A stretch of DNA of 64,000 nucleotides from Chiloscyllium plagiosum (taxonomy: Eukaryota): positions 28,456,377 to 28,520,376 of the forward strand of contig NC_057718.1 in assembly GCF_004010195.1 (NCBI RefSeq), read 5' to 3'. The notes under the pieces are model-generated. The model ran no database searches. It was given only the letters and a program-made list of their open reading frames with translations, and was not told where the DNA came from. Made by a program: the position numbers and the translations under genes. Each line of letters begins with the position of its first letter. Within the stretch, counting starts at the first letter, position 1. Positions 39,061-51,849 of this stretch are shown one piece after another.

Positions 39061-39959
39061 AAATAAAAAGAGCTCAGCCAGAAAGTTCATGAGGACTGGA
39101 AACACTCTTGCAGGTGTCAGAAGAACTGGACCATGACTTAATGCATACTCCAAGAATCAAGTGAAGCCTGAAAAGATGTTAAGGACAAGAGAACACAGTT
39201 GTTAATTCTTAACTTGCAGCATTCTACTCAAAGATACCTTGGTTAAAGGTAACAGCATGGAATCGGTATGAGAAAAAGAATTCTTGGGAAGAAATTTCAG
39301 ACGCTTGTCTCACTAGTCAACTAATAACTCTTTAGAATGAAAACAGAGTTAAATACTTTTCAGGTAAAGGCCTCTTTGCTAGTCACTTTGCACTTTAATA
39401 TCAATTGTCAAACAGTACAGATTACTGATTATAATGTAGGCCACTGCTTGTGCAAATTGTAACATCAGAAGTCTGCTGAAGCTCACATTAATATTGAAGA
39501 AAGATAACCCCTTCACAAAACACATTCGTCAACCAAAGATAGATAACAAACCTTGATATTTGCTCCAGTGCAAGACATATCTTGCAGGTTTAAACTTTCC
39601 AAATTCAGTGGGTAAGATGTGCAAATTGAACAAACGAAAGATATTTTCTTTTCAAATTACAGAGACTTTCTTTAAGGAAAATATATCCAGTTTCAGTTGT
39701 ACTTGAATGTTTTAGAAATAGGCAATGAGGATGAACACCCAAGTTCAGCAGCAGAGTGTTGGGGCGCAATTTAGCTTGTCTGTTTTTATGTGCCTGACTC
39801 TGAAGTGTGGCAAGTTTGAAGATGTAATCTACAAAGGTAATGTTGATGGAGTGTAGGTTTGGAAAAGCCAAACATTTGCCAGTAGTCAGTTGACATCCAC
39901 TGGAAAGTGTCTGCATGCTGGCATTCAGATTAGGACACTTTTATTGTTGGAAAATGCTC

Positions 39960-40420
39960 AGTCTACCTCAGATTACTCTGGAAGGTAATGTATCTCAAAG
40001 ATTTGAGCAATAGTTGAAGCCTGTTGTTTCACTTTGTTGCTATGCAGCAACATGAGTGGCAATGCCCATTACCAGGAAGCTACAATCAAGCCAAAATTAT
40101 GTTGTCTTTCATATAAACCGGTAATATGGTGTATGAATTTCAGTGCCGGCGTGATGCAGAGTATATAGTTCCTGTGTCCCAGTGACTGGTGGATTCTATC
40201 AAACGTGTCCCTGCAGCTGTTCACAATGATTAAGGTATGATCATATCCAACTAGCTTATGTTTGCAAAAGCCAAACTGTTCCAACATTAGGAATCACAAT
40301 TGGCCAACAATTGTTACATAATCCCAAGTGTATGAAGAATTTTGTTGAAAACCAATTTAAGATGGTCTGAACTAGACTATGGTGCACTTGCACATTGTGA
40401 AAGCTACATATCAGCACACA
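39960..40420 (+). mobile_element. Degraded PLE GIY-YIG endonuclease remnant (another family)
   Basis: Reads YLRLLWK..SQRFEQ.. then GNMVYEFQCRRDAEYI..SQ*LVDSIKRVP, a decayed GIY-YIG motif. Confidence 0.6.
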
Positions 40421-41392
40421 AGACCCTATTCTTTGCAGACAGAAAGGACATGAATAGACCATACTTGTTTCGACTCAACAAAATAGATGACTAAGGGCAT
40501 AGTGAGGAGGAAAAAGGTTAGGTTGATTTTGCAACACCAGACCCCAACTAGCCTACAAGCAATCAATGTATTAAATTCACTTGAATAAATGAATAAAACC
40601 ATAATGTTCCTAAAGCCATACACAACCATGAGACTTCAGAAAAAAGGGTTAATGGAAGAGCAAAAGAGACAAAGGGAGAGTAATATATCAGGTTAAACAA
40701 TTATCAAGACCTTCAATGAGATTCCAGATGCTCTTAATACATTGAAGATTAAAACAAAAACTGGACATTCTGATCATTTTACAGCAAATTAAAAAAGGTC
40801 AGTCAACTTCTATTATATTAGCTAGCAATTTGGGCATTATCTGTATTCTACTAAAAGTTGTACACACGGCTAATTGATGATGACAGTTTACAACTGAATA
40901 ATGTAAGCAGTTATTATGGGAATTTACAATGAAAACACCCATCACACTGCCAATACATGCCTCCCACCAGAGGTGGTGTAATAGCAGTTCTTTTCTGCCT
41001 CTTGGTTTCCTCTGCAACCAACACCCATCTCTGGCCCAATCTTATCCTAATCCAGATTTCCCATGCTCTGGGCCATCTCCTCTTGAGACTCTGTCCTGTT
41101 CAGGTCCACATAATTTCAGGTCATTTTTTTTAAAAGCCCAATTCTAGAGATTGTCATCTTTCTCTTCCCAGTCAATTGCAACCTGCTGTTTGTGCACTGT
41201 AGTGAACATGCCAGAAACAACATTAAATGTGGAGTCCTTAATCCTTCATCAAATCTCCAGAAAATTCACAGGGAGCCTCAATCTCAACATAGCAATGCTG
41301 TAAATATCAGCTCTCTGTATCTGAAAATAAACTAAATTCACATGCCTTGTCACCAGCACTGAACATTGAATACAAAAGCAGAAGAAATGTAC

Positions 41393-41671
41393 CTGTCGAA
41401 GTTTAGTGCCATCTCCTGCCGTCTCGCCACCTGATAAAACACATTCCTTTGGCCCAATCTGCACCAACAGAGCCTCCAGATTGGAAAACTGATCATTGTC
41501 TGGGAACTCACACACACCAAGCTTCCGCAGTGTGGAGTCAACGTAGCCAACACCAACTAACCTCTGCCCATCTGCCATGCCCAGTTTAACACCCACTACG
41601 GCAGCTGCAGCAGACATATCGCTGTTGCCAAAAAGTACCTCTTCAAACTGAGTGAGGTTACCAGGAGAAGC
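41393..41671 (-). CDS. MSH2: MSH2 exon 3
   Basis: cag|[93 protein letters not shown]|gtacat; 279 bp, same as human exon 3. Confidence 0.97.
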
Positions 41672-42297
41672 CTGTACAGAGGGAAAAATAAGAGGAACAA
41701 TTAGTTTTTTTACTCGACAGTAATTCTAGAGATTTTTAAATTACTAACATATCTCAAGACCTTCCCCAAATGGTGATTCTGAGGCAACAGTAGATTCACA
41801 ACCATTGGACATATCTGTGCATCACATTTCTGCTACAATAGCAGGCCTTAAAGAGAATCAATATCTTTCTCATCAAATTATTTGCCTCAAAATTTACCTA
41901 AACATCTTCTCTCAATACTTTCTCTAATGCCTCGTGTCTCTCCTTTGAAAATGCGGTGTTGTTACACCATGTTTTAAAGATTTTTTTCCCTCTTCACTGA
42001 TGCCCTATTACATGCATAGCTTTTAAAATTAAAGCAGCCATTAACCATCTTAAGTGCTCCAAAATGAATACAGTTTCTGAAAGGCCCTTGTGTTCTACAA
42101 GAATACAGCCAGTGAATTTATTTTGTGAATCCCCGATACGGATTTAGACATTCTAAGTGTTGCAGCGAACATTTGATATCATGCAAGATCCTTCAACCCC
42201 TTTCACATAACAGGCATGTAGAAAGAAAAAGCCGGACATCTTAAAGGCAATTTCTCTTTTCCACACCCTCCATTAAAAAAAACATAAAAATGCTCTT

Positions 42298-43073
42298 GAC
42301 TGGCTCAAAGGTAGAAGACAGGGTGGTGGTGGAGGATTGTTTTTCAGACTGGAGGCCTGTGACCAGTGCAGTGCCACAAGGATTGTTGCTGGGTCCTCTA
42401 CTTTTTGTCATTTACATAGATGATTTGGATGCTAACATTACAGGTGCAGTTAGTAAGTTTGCAGATGACACCAAAATTGGAGGTATCGTGGACAGCGAAG
42501 AGGGTTATCTCAGATTACAAGAGAATCTTGACCAGATGGGCCAATGGGCTGAGAAGTGGCAGATGGAGTTTAATTCAGATAAATGCAAGGTGCTGCATTT
42601 TGGGAAAGCAAATCTTAGCAGGACTTATACACTTAATGGTAAGGTCCTAGTGAGTGTTGCTGAACAACAGACCATGGAGTGCAGGTTCATGGCTCTTTGA
42701 AAGTGGAGTCGCAGGTAGATCGGACAGTGAAGGCGGCGTTTAGTATGCTTTCATTTGTCAGAGTGTTGAGTGAAGGGGTTGGGAGGTCATGTTACGGCTG
42801 TACAGGACATTACTTACGCCACTGTTGGAATATTGCGTGAAATTCTGGTCTCATTCCTATCAGAAAGATGTTGTGAAACTTGAAAGGGTTCAGAAAAGAT
42901 TTACAAGGATGTTGCCAGGTTTGGAGGATTTGAGCTATAGGAAGAGGTTGTTTTCCCTGGAGCGGAGGCTGAGGGGTGACCTTATAGAGGTTTACAAAAT
43001 TATGAGGGGCATGGATAGAATAAATAGGCAAAGTCTTTTCCCTGGGGTCAGGGAGTCCAGAACTAGAGGGCAT
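42298..43073 (+). mobile_element. Young CR1 (HER1-like) RT 3' part running into the gap
   Basis: SDWRPVTSAVPQGLLLGPLLFVIYIDDLD..KFADDTK; near-identical to the 13.2, 56.4 and 60.6 kb copies. Confidence 0.92.
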
Positions 43074-43672
43074 NNNNNNNNNNNNNNNNNNNNNNNNNNN
43101 NNNNNNNNNNNNNNNNNNNNNNNNNNNNNNNNNNNNNNNNNNNNNNNNNNNNNNNNNNNNNNNNNNNNNNNNNNNNNNNNNNNNNNNNNNNNNNNNNNNN
43201 NNNNNNNNNNNNNNNNNNNNNNNNNNNNNNNNNNNNNNNNNNNNNNNNNNNNNNNNNNNNNNNNNNNNNNNNNNNNNNNNNNNNNNNNNNNNNNNNNNNN
43301 NNNNNNNNNNNNNNNNNNNNNNNNNNNNNNNNNNNNNNNNNNNNNNNNNNNNNNNNNNNNNNNNNNNNNNNNNNNNNNNNNNNNNNNNNNNNNNNNNNNN
43401 NNNNNNNNNNNNNNNNNNNNNNNNNNNNNNNNNNNNNNNNNNNNNNNNNNNNNNNNNNNNNNNNNNNNNNNNNNNNNNNNNNNNNNNNNNNNNNNNNNNN
43501 NNNNNNNNNNNNNNNNNNNNNNNNNNNNNNNNNNNNNNNNNNNNNNNNNNNNNNNNNNNNNNNNNNNNNNNNNNNNNNNNNNNNNNNNNNNNNNNNNNNN
43601 NNNNNNNNNNNNNNNNNNNNNNNNNNNNNNNNNNNNNNNNNNNNNNNNNNNNNNNNNNNNNNNNNNNNNNNN
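43074..43672. other. Assembly gap (599 N), probably containing MSH2 exon 2
   Basis: N run between exon 1 (ends phase 1) and exon 3 (starts phase 0); no exon-2 peptide found in the flanking called sequence. Confidence 0.85.
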
Positions 43673-44150
43673 TCGTCTACAAAATTCCATGCAAGGACTG
43701 CCAGAAACACGACGTAGGACAAACAGGAAGAAAGTTAGCCACCAGGATACACGAACACCAGCTAGCCACAAAAAGACATGACACTTTCTCCCTTGTAGCT
43801 CTACACCATTTCACATCTATCCTGGGACAGGCTAAGCAAAGACATGCCAGAGAATTCCTAGGGGCCTGGCACTCCAACCACAACGCCATAAACAAACACA
43901 TAGATCTAGAAACCATCTATCAACCCCTCAGAAAATGAACAGGAAATGACATCACCACAAACCCCAGGAACCCCATCCAGGACAAACATATAAATAGAAA
44001 GCAGGAGACAACAGCTTTGCTTCACTTGGAGGTCACCACTGATGATGTTACCTAGCCAGGTAATGAAACGTCTGGATATCAAACCTACAGCTCAGCGAGC
44101 AAACCTACACCCTAAACCTCAACCTGAGCTACAAACCTTGCAAAACTCCA
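43673..44150 (+). mobile_element. PLE (family C) 3' end with hammerhead at 44036-44075
   Basis: GIY-YIG remnant (HVGQTGRKLATRIHEHQLA..HAREFLGAWHS); cca-CTGATGA-t-gttacct(agcc)aggtaat-GAAA-cgtc-tgg. Confidence 0.8.
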
Positions 44151-44864
44151 ATCATTCATTCAAGTGGCTATTCTTCACGTATCCTTCGACAAACAACGTG
44201 TGCACATATGCTGCAAAGAAAAAGCCTCAGCTGCCACAATTTATCTAAACTTTACAAAAAAAAATCACAGCTAGTGGACCGGACAAAATATAATTAGGTA
44301 TTATCAATTTTTTTTGTTCCTCACTATCAGACAGCCCAGAAGAGGCAAATTTCAATTTTCCAACAGTATCACTAACAAGTTATAATCATACACCCTAAGC
44401 ATTATCATCAGTGCCACCTTTGAAATCATCCCCCATGATGTTTTACGAATTAATGCACCCACATGTATAGGAGGACGCATTTTCCATTACCTCCATTCTA
44501 AGATTTGAAGGAGAATTGTCTGGAACCCACTGATGAAAAAGTGGTTGAGTCACAACATTTAACAAAATATACATACTCGCTTGCGTTGTCATTATCCTCC
44601 AGATTCAATGTAGCGACCGAGGACACGGCCCACATGAGTTTAATTACAAAAATGTAGGATGATTTTCTGGACTTGCATCTTTCCAAATAAAGCAATTAAA
44701 AAAAACACGACTTAACAGAAACAGAGCGCGGTTAAACATAAAGAGACACGACAGCGACTTAATGCAATAACGAGATTAAGAGAATCTGAGAGATGAGCTG
44801 CCCCCGTATACCGTCAGACCGACCTTTTACCTCTGGTTTTACCCCTCTCGGCCCCAGAACCCAC

Positions 44865-45078
44865 CCGATCCCAGAGTCTTGATCACTCCGTTGGTTTTGA
44901 ACACCTCCCTGGCTGCGAACATCGCGTCCTTCCCATGCACCGTGTAGTAGTCATTACGGTCAAAGACACGAAAAGTGGTGTCCGGTTTCTCGGGCATAGA
45001 CTTGTAGAAGGCAACGAAGGCACCACCATCCTGCCCGCTGTCCGCTCCGGACAACCTGTCCCGAGGTTGCACCGCCAT
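44865..45078 (-). CDS. MSH2: MSH2 (MutS homolog 2) coding exon 1
   Basis: Translates [71 protein letters not shown](G), matching the MSH2 N-terminus (human MAVQPKE...[40 protein letters not shown]). 214 bp, phase-1 donor G|gtgggt, inside a CpG island. Confidence 0.95.
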
Positions 45079-45153
45079 CTCGCCGAGCTCCGGGGTCACA
45101 GGTCAAACACCACAGCGCGGGACAAGAGGGACCGTTACAACAGGCCAACAGTT

Positions 45154-45290
45154 GCGGCGCGAGAGAACCAGGAGGGGGCGGGGCGGCGTTTCGGCGGCGC
45201 GNNNNNNNNNNNNNNNNNNNNNNNNNNNNNNCAGGAGGGGGCGGGGTCACGGTTCGGCGGCGCGGGAGAAGCAGGAGGGGGCGGGGTCAT
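45154..45290. repeat. ~40-bp GC-rich tandem repeat in the core promoter, interrupted by a 30-N gap
   Basis: Unit caggagggggcggggtcacggttcggcggcgcgggagaag; copies begin at 45169, 45232 and 45272. Confidence 0.8.
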
Positions 45291-46161
45291 GATCCGGCAG
45301 TGGACCCGCGGGAGCCGGTAGGGGACGGGCTCAGAGAGAGTGAGGGCGGGGCGACAGTTCAGCAGCGCAGGAGAACCGGAAAGGGACGACTGTTAATGAT
45401 AGGGCGCAGCCAGGGACGAGCGGAACCTTGGATAGAGGCGATGCTGCGGATTAATAGCATCGCCGCGAGAGTACAGGTGGAGGCGGGGTTACAATAATAC
45501 AGAGGCTGCGCGGGAGAGCCAAGAGGGGAGGCGTGACCAGTAAGGGGCGGCACCGTGGGGGTGGGGCTTGAATGGGGCCGGGCCAAGGGTCAATAGCCGC
45601 CGCGCGGAAGGATTCGTAGGAGGCGGAGCCAAAGTGGCAACAATGCCCACGTGGTTTATGGTGGCGCTCTCCCAGTGGGGACTGATTTCTAAACAAAAAA
45701 CCCGGAAGTTGGAAATCAGGAACAAAAACAAATTGCTGGGAAATTTCCACAATATGTGTAGAGGGAAAGCACATTAATGTGTTGGGTCCATTGACCCTTC
45801 AGAACAGAAATAATTTCTATCTCACTGACAATTATCATATGATCTAATGTTTTCATACACCATGCGTTGACTTTACCTGTAATATAATATGGTCAATAAA
45901 ATCATTTTTTTTGCAAATACCTACTATGCGCAAAAGCTTCATCCAAATGGTTCACTTTCCTTCACTTGTGGAAATACTAGACCTTGCTGGACACTGTTGG
46001 ATGTCTGACTGCTTTCTGTTGCTTTACCAAGAACCCATTTTCATAATGGCAGCAAAGAGTCGTTTACCTGAGTAGTCTGAGATCTGTTCCGTCTTTCATA
46101 TCTAAGGCTGCCAACCGTCCAGAGTGGACCTGCAGTCTCCAGAAATTGATTATAAATCTGT

Positions 46162-47947
46162 GATTTTTGAAAAGATTTGTAGCTCAGGATAATGTGCACA
46201 TTATAAGTTTGCTTACTGAGCTGGAAGGTTTGATTTCAGACGTTTCATCACCATGCTAGGTAACATCATCAGTGAGCCTCTGATGGAGCACTGGTGTCTG
46301 TCACACTTTCTTTGGGTGATATCATTTCTGGTTCTTTTTGTAAGAGGTTGGCAATTGGGGTCCAAATCAATATGTTTACTGATGGAGTTCCGGTTTGAAT
46401 GCCAGGCCTCTAGGAATTCCTGAGTGTGCCTCTGTTTAGCCTGTCCTAGGATGGATGTGTTGTCCCAATCGAGGTGGTGTCCTTTGTCTGTATGTACGGA
46501 TACTAGTGATACCGGGTCATGTCTTTTGGTGGCTAGTTGGTATTTGTGTATCCTGATAGCTGGTTTTCTGCGTGTCTGTCCAATGTTGTTTTTACAGTCC
46601 TTGCAGGGTATTTTGTAACTGACGTTAGTTTTGCTAATTATTGGTATAAAGTCCTGTAGGTTAATCAGTAGCTGTTTCAGTGTGTTAGTAGGTTTATGGG
46701 CTACACTGATGCCAAGAGGTCAGAGAAGTCTATTTGTCATGTCCGAGATGTCTTTGATGTATGGTAGTGTGGCTAGAGTTTCTGGGCATGTTGTGTCTAC
46801 TTGTTTGGGTTTGTTCTTTAAGAATCGGCGGACTGTGTTTATTGGTACCCAGTGTTCTTGAATATGCTGTATAAGTATTTTTCTTCTGCTGCTCGTAGTT
46901 CCTGGGTGCTGTAGTGTGTGTGGCCCACTTAAGTAATGTCCTGATGCAGCTCAGTTTGTGGGTGTAGGGATGATTGCTTCTGTAGTTGAGTATTTGGTTT
47001 GTGTGTATTCCTTTCATGTAGATGCTAGTCTGCAGTTCTATATTACCTGTTCATTCCACTGTGACATCTAGGAAGTGGAGTCAGTTGTTCTCCTCTTTTG
47101 TGAAATTTATGTCAGTAAGGATGTTGTTGATGATGTTGTAGTTTTCCTCTAATTTGATCTGTTTTGTGATGACAAGAGTGTCACCCATGTACTTGACCCA
47201 AAGTTTGGATTTGATCATGAGGAGGGCTGTTTGTTTGAGTCTCTGCATTACTGCTTCCGCTAAGAAGCCTGATATTGGTGATCCCATGTTTGTTCCATTG
47301 ATTTGTTTGTAGGTTTTGTCATTGAAGATGAAGTGGGTAGTGAGGCACAGGTCTACTAGCTTGAGATTGTTGTCCTTGCTTGATGAAGTCGGTGCTGTCT
47401 GCTGTTTGTGTCCTTGGTTCATCTAGTTGTGCAGTCAGTGTTGCTTTGGCCAGGCTGATTTTAATTGATGTGAATAGGGCTGTTACGTCAAAGGAGACCA
47501 TTACTTCGTCACAAAATGGACCAAATTAGAGGAAACCTACAACATCATCAACAACATCCTTACTGACATAAATTTCACAAAAGAGGAGGAGAACAACAAC
47601 TAGATATCACTAGTATCCTTACATACAGACAAAGAAGGACACCACTTCGACTGGGACAACACATCCATCCTAGGGCATGCCAAACAGAAACACACACAGG
47701 AATTCCTAGAGGCCTGGTATTCAAACTGGAACTCCATCAATAAACACATCGATTTGGACCTCATTTACCAACCACTGAGAAAAAGAAACAGAAATGACAT
47801 CACCCCACCATAACAGACCAACACGCATAAATAGAATGCAGGACAGAACACTGTCACTTCACCAGAGGCTCACTGATGATGTTACCTAGCATGGTGACGA
47901 AATGTCTGAAAACAAACGTTCCAGTTTAGTGAGCAAACTAACAACCC
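46162..47947 (-). mobile_element. PLE (family C) RT + GIY-YIG with inverted 3' arm, ~1.1 kb upstream of the MSH2 ATG
   Basis: MVSFDVTALFTSI, YKQINGTNMGSPISGFLAE, LWVKYMGDT. Inverted arm 47508-47947. Imperfect TSD gattataaatctgt / gattacaaatcagt. Hammerheads at 46236-46275 (-) and 47870-47909 (+). Confidence 0.88.
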
Positions 47948-48884
47948 GATTACAAATCAGTTGCATGCTTCTGTTGTCCAAAACAAAAACAAAATCAATT
48001 GTTAACATATACATTGAGCACTTCATTATCTATCAATGTATTGGAGATGGATAGGGCGTTTGGCTGTTTGAGTGTTTGGAACAATTAGATCACATGGTGA
48101 AAACCCCAGGCGATGTCTCTGTAGAGTTGGTAAGCCTACACCTTTGCAAACATCTTTCATCAGGAGTCCTATGGACAGCAATCAGGCCCCTGTGATTATT
48201 CTACAGGACTTCAAAGAACGACAGGACAGTTTCATCCTTCTCCGCACCAACCCCAGAACAAAATCCTTCTTAGTAGTTACCCTTCAACTGACAAAAGCAG
48301 ATTGTCATTATTACACTATTGTGTGTGGAAACATTCTGTGCATAAATGTGCTGCCATATTTCCTGCATTACAGCAATTATTACACTTCAAAATTATTTCA
48401 TTTGGTGTAAGGAGCTTTGGGATCTTTTGAGGACCTGTGAAAAAAATTGCTGTATAAAAGTGAGTTGTTTCTTTGAGTAAAAAATTGATAGTTTACCCTT
48501 ACCAATAACCGACTTATTAATCCACCTTGAATTGAATCTGGGATCTTACTGATGTACTTGTCTCAATGCATGAGATATATTTATTCATCAGGGGAAAATT
48601 TGAAAGATCTTTATTTTTAAAACAGAAACAGCTTGTGAGGAAAATTGTTCAATTGTGATAAGATATGGGAACAGTTTATCCGATGCCAATCTAGCCAGAG
48701 AAGAAATTATAAGCAAAAATAAGAGTAAGTTATAAAGCGAAATCACAGTGCAACATATAGAGAGTGGGGAGTGAGAGAACTGAGTTTGGTGACTTGTGGA
48801 TTAGATGGTTGTTTAACCAGTTCCTGGATTATTGTCTGTAGTTGATATATTAATTTAGTTGATAGGTTTCATAATGGCAAGATA

Positions 48885-51108
48885 ATTCAGACCCATGGAA
48901 CGCTCCTTCTGCAATAGTGGGAAATCAGGGGCACTTCTAGTATCCATGGTGACTACGTTGGGTGACCAACAGGAAGATGAGTAAGCTTGGGTAGGCAGTG
49001 CAGGAGTCCTCTGTGGCCATACCCCGCTCAAACAGATTTGGATACGGTTAAGGAGGGAATAGCCTCTCAGGGGAAAGCAGCAGCAGCCATGACTGGCACT
49101 GTTGAATAGCAGGGAGGTCAAAGTGTAGGCAAGCAACAGTGATAGGAGACTGTATAGTCAGGGGCACAGTCAGGCTTTTCTGTGGCTGCGAGCAAGACTC
49201 CAGGATAGTGAGTTGCCTCCCGGGTGCAAGGGTCAAGGGTGTCTCTGAGCAGGTGCAGGATATTCTCAAATGGGAAGGATGAGCAGTTAGAGATTGTGGT
49301 CAATATTGATACCAATGGCATAGGCATAAACAGATGATGTCTTGCAAAGTGGGTACAGGGAGTTGTGTAGGAAGTCGAAAAGCAGGACCTCTAGGGTTGT
49401 AATTTGGGGATTACTTCCTGTGCCATGTGCCAGTGAGGCTAAGAATAGGAAGATAGTACAGTTGAATACATGGCTAAAGAGATGATGTAGGAGGAAAGAC
49501 TTCAGGTGTGTGGATCATTGGCATGTCTTCTACAGCAGGTTGGACCTATGCAAGAAGGACGGGTTGCACTTAAGCTGGAGTGGTACCAATATCCTGGCAG
49601 AGAGGTCAGCTAGTGCCACTCGGTAGGATTTAAACTAGTGTGGTGGGGGTTGGCGAGAACTGGAGCGGTAAGTCAGCAAGTAAAATGATCAAGGAGAAAT
49701 CAGAGGCTAAGGGTCAGTAAGACTAAGGGGAAGAACAGACGGGAGGCTTCTGAATAAAGCAGGATTTCCGAAATGAGATGTATTTGTTGTAAATAAAGCA
49801 GAGTAGTTTAGAGCTTGGATTAACAATTATGTTGTAGCTATTACAGAGAATTGTTTGAGACAGACAAGATTAGCAACCTTACATTCCAGAATTTAGATAT
49901 TGCAGACAAGGTTGAGAGGGGTGTAAAAGAGGTGGGGGAGTTGCGTTACTGATTAGGGAGAATATCACAACTGTACTGAAGGAGGACACCTGGGAGGACT
50001 CATGCAGGGCCATAAGGTACAGGAACAGGAAGGGTGCAGTCACTTTGATGGGATTGTATACAGGCCTCCCAACAGCCAGTGGGCAACAGAGGAATGGATA
50101 TGTGGACAGATATGGAAAAATATAAAAAGACAGCAAGTCTGTTGTAGTGGGTGAGTTTAACTTCCCCTTTATTGACTGGGACTGGCTTACTGCTAGAGAC
50201 TTTGAAGGAGGGCAAATTTGTTAAGTGTGAAACAGTACATAAATAGTCCAACTTGGGAAGGGGTCATACTAGAGCTGGTATAGGGGAATAAGCCTGGCTA
50301 GATGATCAAAGTTTCAGTGAGGAAGCATTTCCAGAACAGTGACCACAACTCTGTAAATTTTAAGGTACTGGGAGTCGTAGGTAGACAGGGTGGGAAAGAA
50401 GGCGTTTGGCACACTTGCCTTCATTGGTCAGAACATTGGGTATAGTAATTGGATATTCTGGTGAAGCTGTACAAAACATTGGTGAGGCCATTTTTAGAAT
50501 ACTGTGTACTGTTTGTGTCATCTTTCTGTGGGAAAGATGTTGTTAAACTTGAGAGGGTGCAGAAATGATTTACAAGGATGTTGCTTGGTCTGGAGAGTTT
50601 GAGCTATAGGGAGATGCTGAATAGGCTAGGGCTACTTTCACTAGAGTGTTGGAGAGTGAGGGATTGGAGGGTTTGAGCTATTGGCAGAGGCAGAATAGGT
50701 TGTGTTTTTTCTCTGGAGCATCGGAGGCTGAGAGGTGACCTTTTAGAGTTTTATAAAATCATGAGGGGCATGGATAGAGTGAATAGCCAAGGTCTTTTTC
50801 CAGCAGAGGGGAGTCCAAAACTAGAGGGTGTAGGTTTAAGGTGAGAGGGGAAAGATTTCAAAAGGACTTGACGGTTAACTTTTTCATGTAGAGGGTGATG
50901 TGTGTATGGAACAAGCGGCCAGAGGACGATTTTGCGGCTGATACAATTACAACATTTAAAAGACATCCAGATGGGAACTTGAATAGGAAGTGTTTCGAGC
51001 AATATTGGCCAAATACTGGCAAATGGGAGTAGGTCAGATTGGGTTGTGTGATCAGCGCAGACTAGGTGCACTGAAGGGCCTGTTTCCATGCTGTATAACT
51101 CTATGACT
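48885..51108 (+). mobile_element. CR1 LINE with ORF1 (zinc-finger/SGNH-esterase-like) remnant and internally deleted ORF2
   Basis: VIGDCIVRG..CLPGARV..DGLHL-type ORF1 motifs, endonuclease remnants and CR1 3' tail. Confidence 0.75.
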
Positions 51109-51849
51109 TTATAAAAGATTTTTAGTTTAGAAAGGCATGATGTGTCAGCACAGACTTGGTGGGCCAAAAATCTTGTTTCTGTGCTGTACTGTTCTTTGTT
51201 CTTTGTTATTATAATGTATGATAACCAGAAACCAGTAAGTATAGAGGTAACAGTGAGTTTCAGGAAGTTTCACCAGGAACTTTATTCCATTTCAGTTCCA
51301 GTAAGCTACAATGGAACTACTTTGCTTAGTTTGGTGAGGGCAATTTCCCCATCCAGTTGTTGGGCCATTGACCTACAGATTGGAAACGCATGAAAGATGT
51401 CTAATTGACTAGAATAAATAAAATAGTTGTGAAGTCATACCAGCTTGTTTTTCTCTCCACTTTCCGAACATATTACACCCACATGAAGACAAAATATTTA
51501 TGTCAAATATTAATGTTTCCCATCAGCTGGCTTTATTGGATTTTTGAACAAGACAATTTTAAGGGATAATTGATTTCATTAAAATGGCTCCTTCAATTAT
51601 ACAGCCCATGTACCACTTATATGAGTTGGTGCCGTAGGCATTGTGTAGACCACATCGGAGACAATGTGGTTCCTTGATGAGGAATGTGGAAATCTCTGTC
51701 TCCTGTGCTATTAACAAAACATTGATGTAAGTAACTTCAATTCAAACATGCCATTAAAATCTTGGGCCTTGAAAAACTATGGCAAAGGTAAGTGAGCTGA
51801 TGTGAGCTAAGGACGGTAACTTTTGGAATTTGTAACTAATTTTAAACGA

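Larger units (their letters stand above)
44720..45750 (-). promoter_or_regulatory. CpG island / MSH2 promoter
   Basis: Sharp rise in GC and CpG around exon 1. Several GC boxes (ggggcgggg), E2F-like ggcgcgggag motifs, E-box cacgtg (~45648), ETS/GABP ccggaagt (~45702) and kB-like gggaaatttcc (45738-45748). Confidence 0.8.

Noticed and set aside
42789..43781. Long ORFs of 219-330 aa
   Set aside because: Artefacts of reading through the N gap.
45079..45099. N-terminal extension MTPELGE of MSH2
   Set aside because: Starts at GTG in the ORF track; the conserved ATG (MAVQP) at 45078 has good Kozak context.
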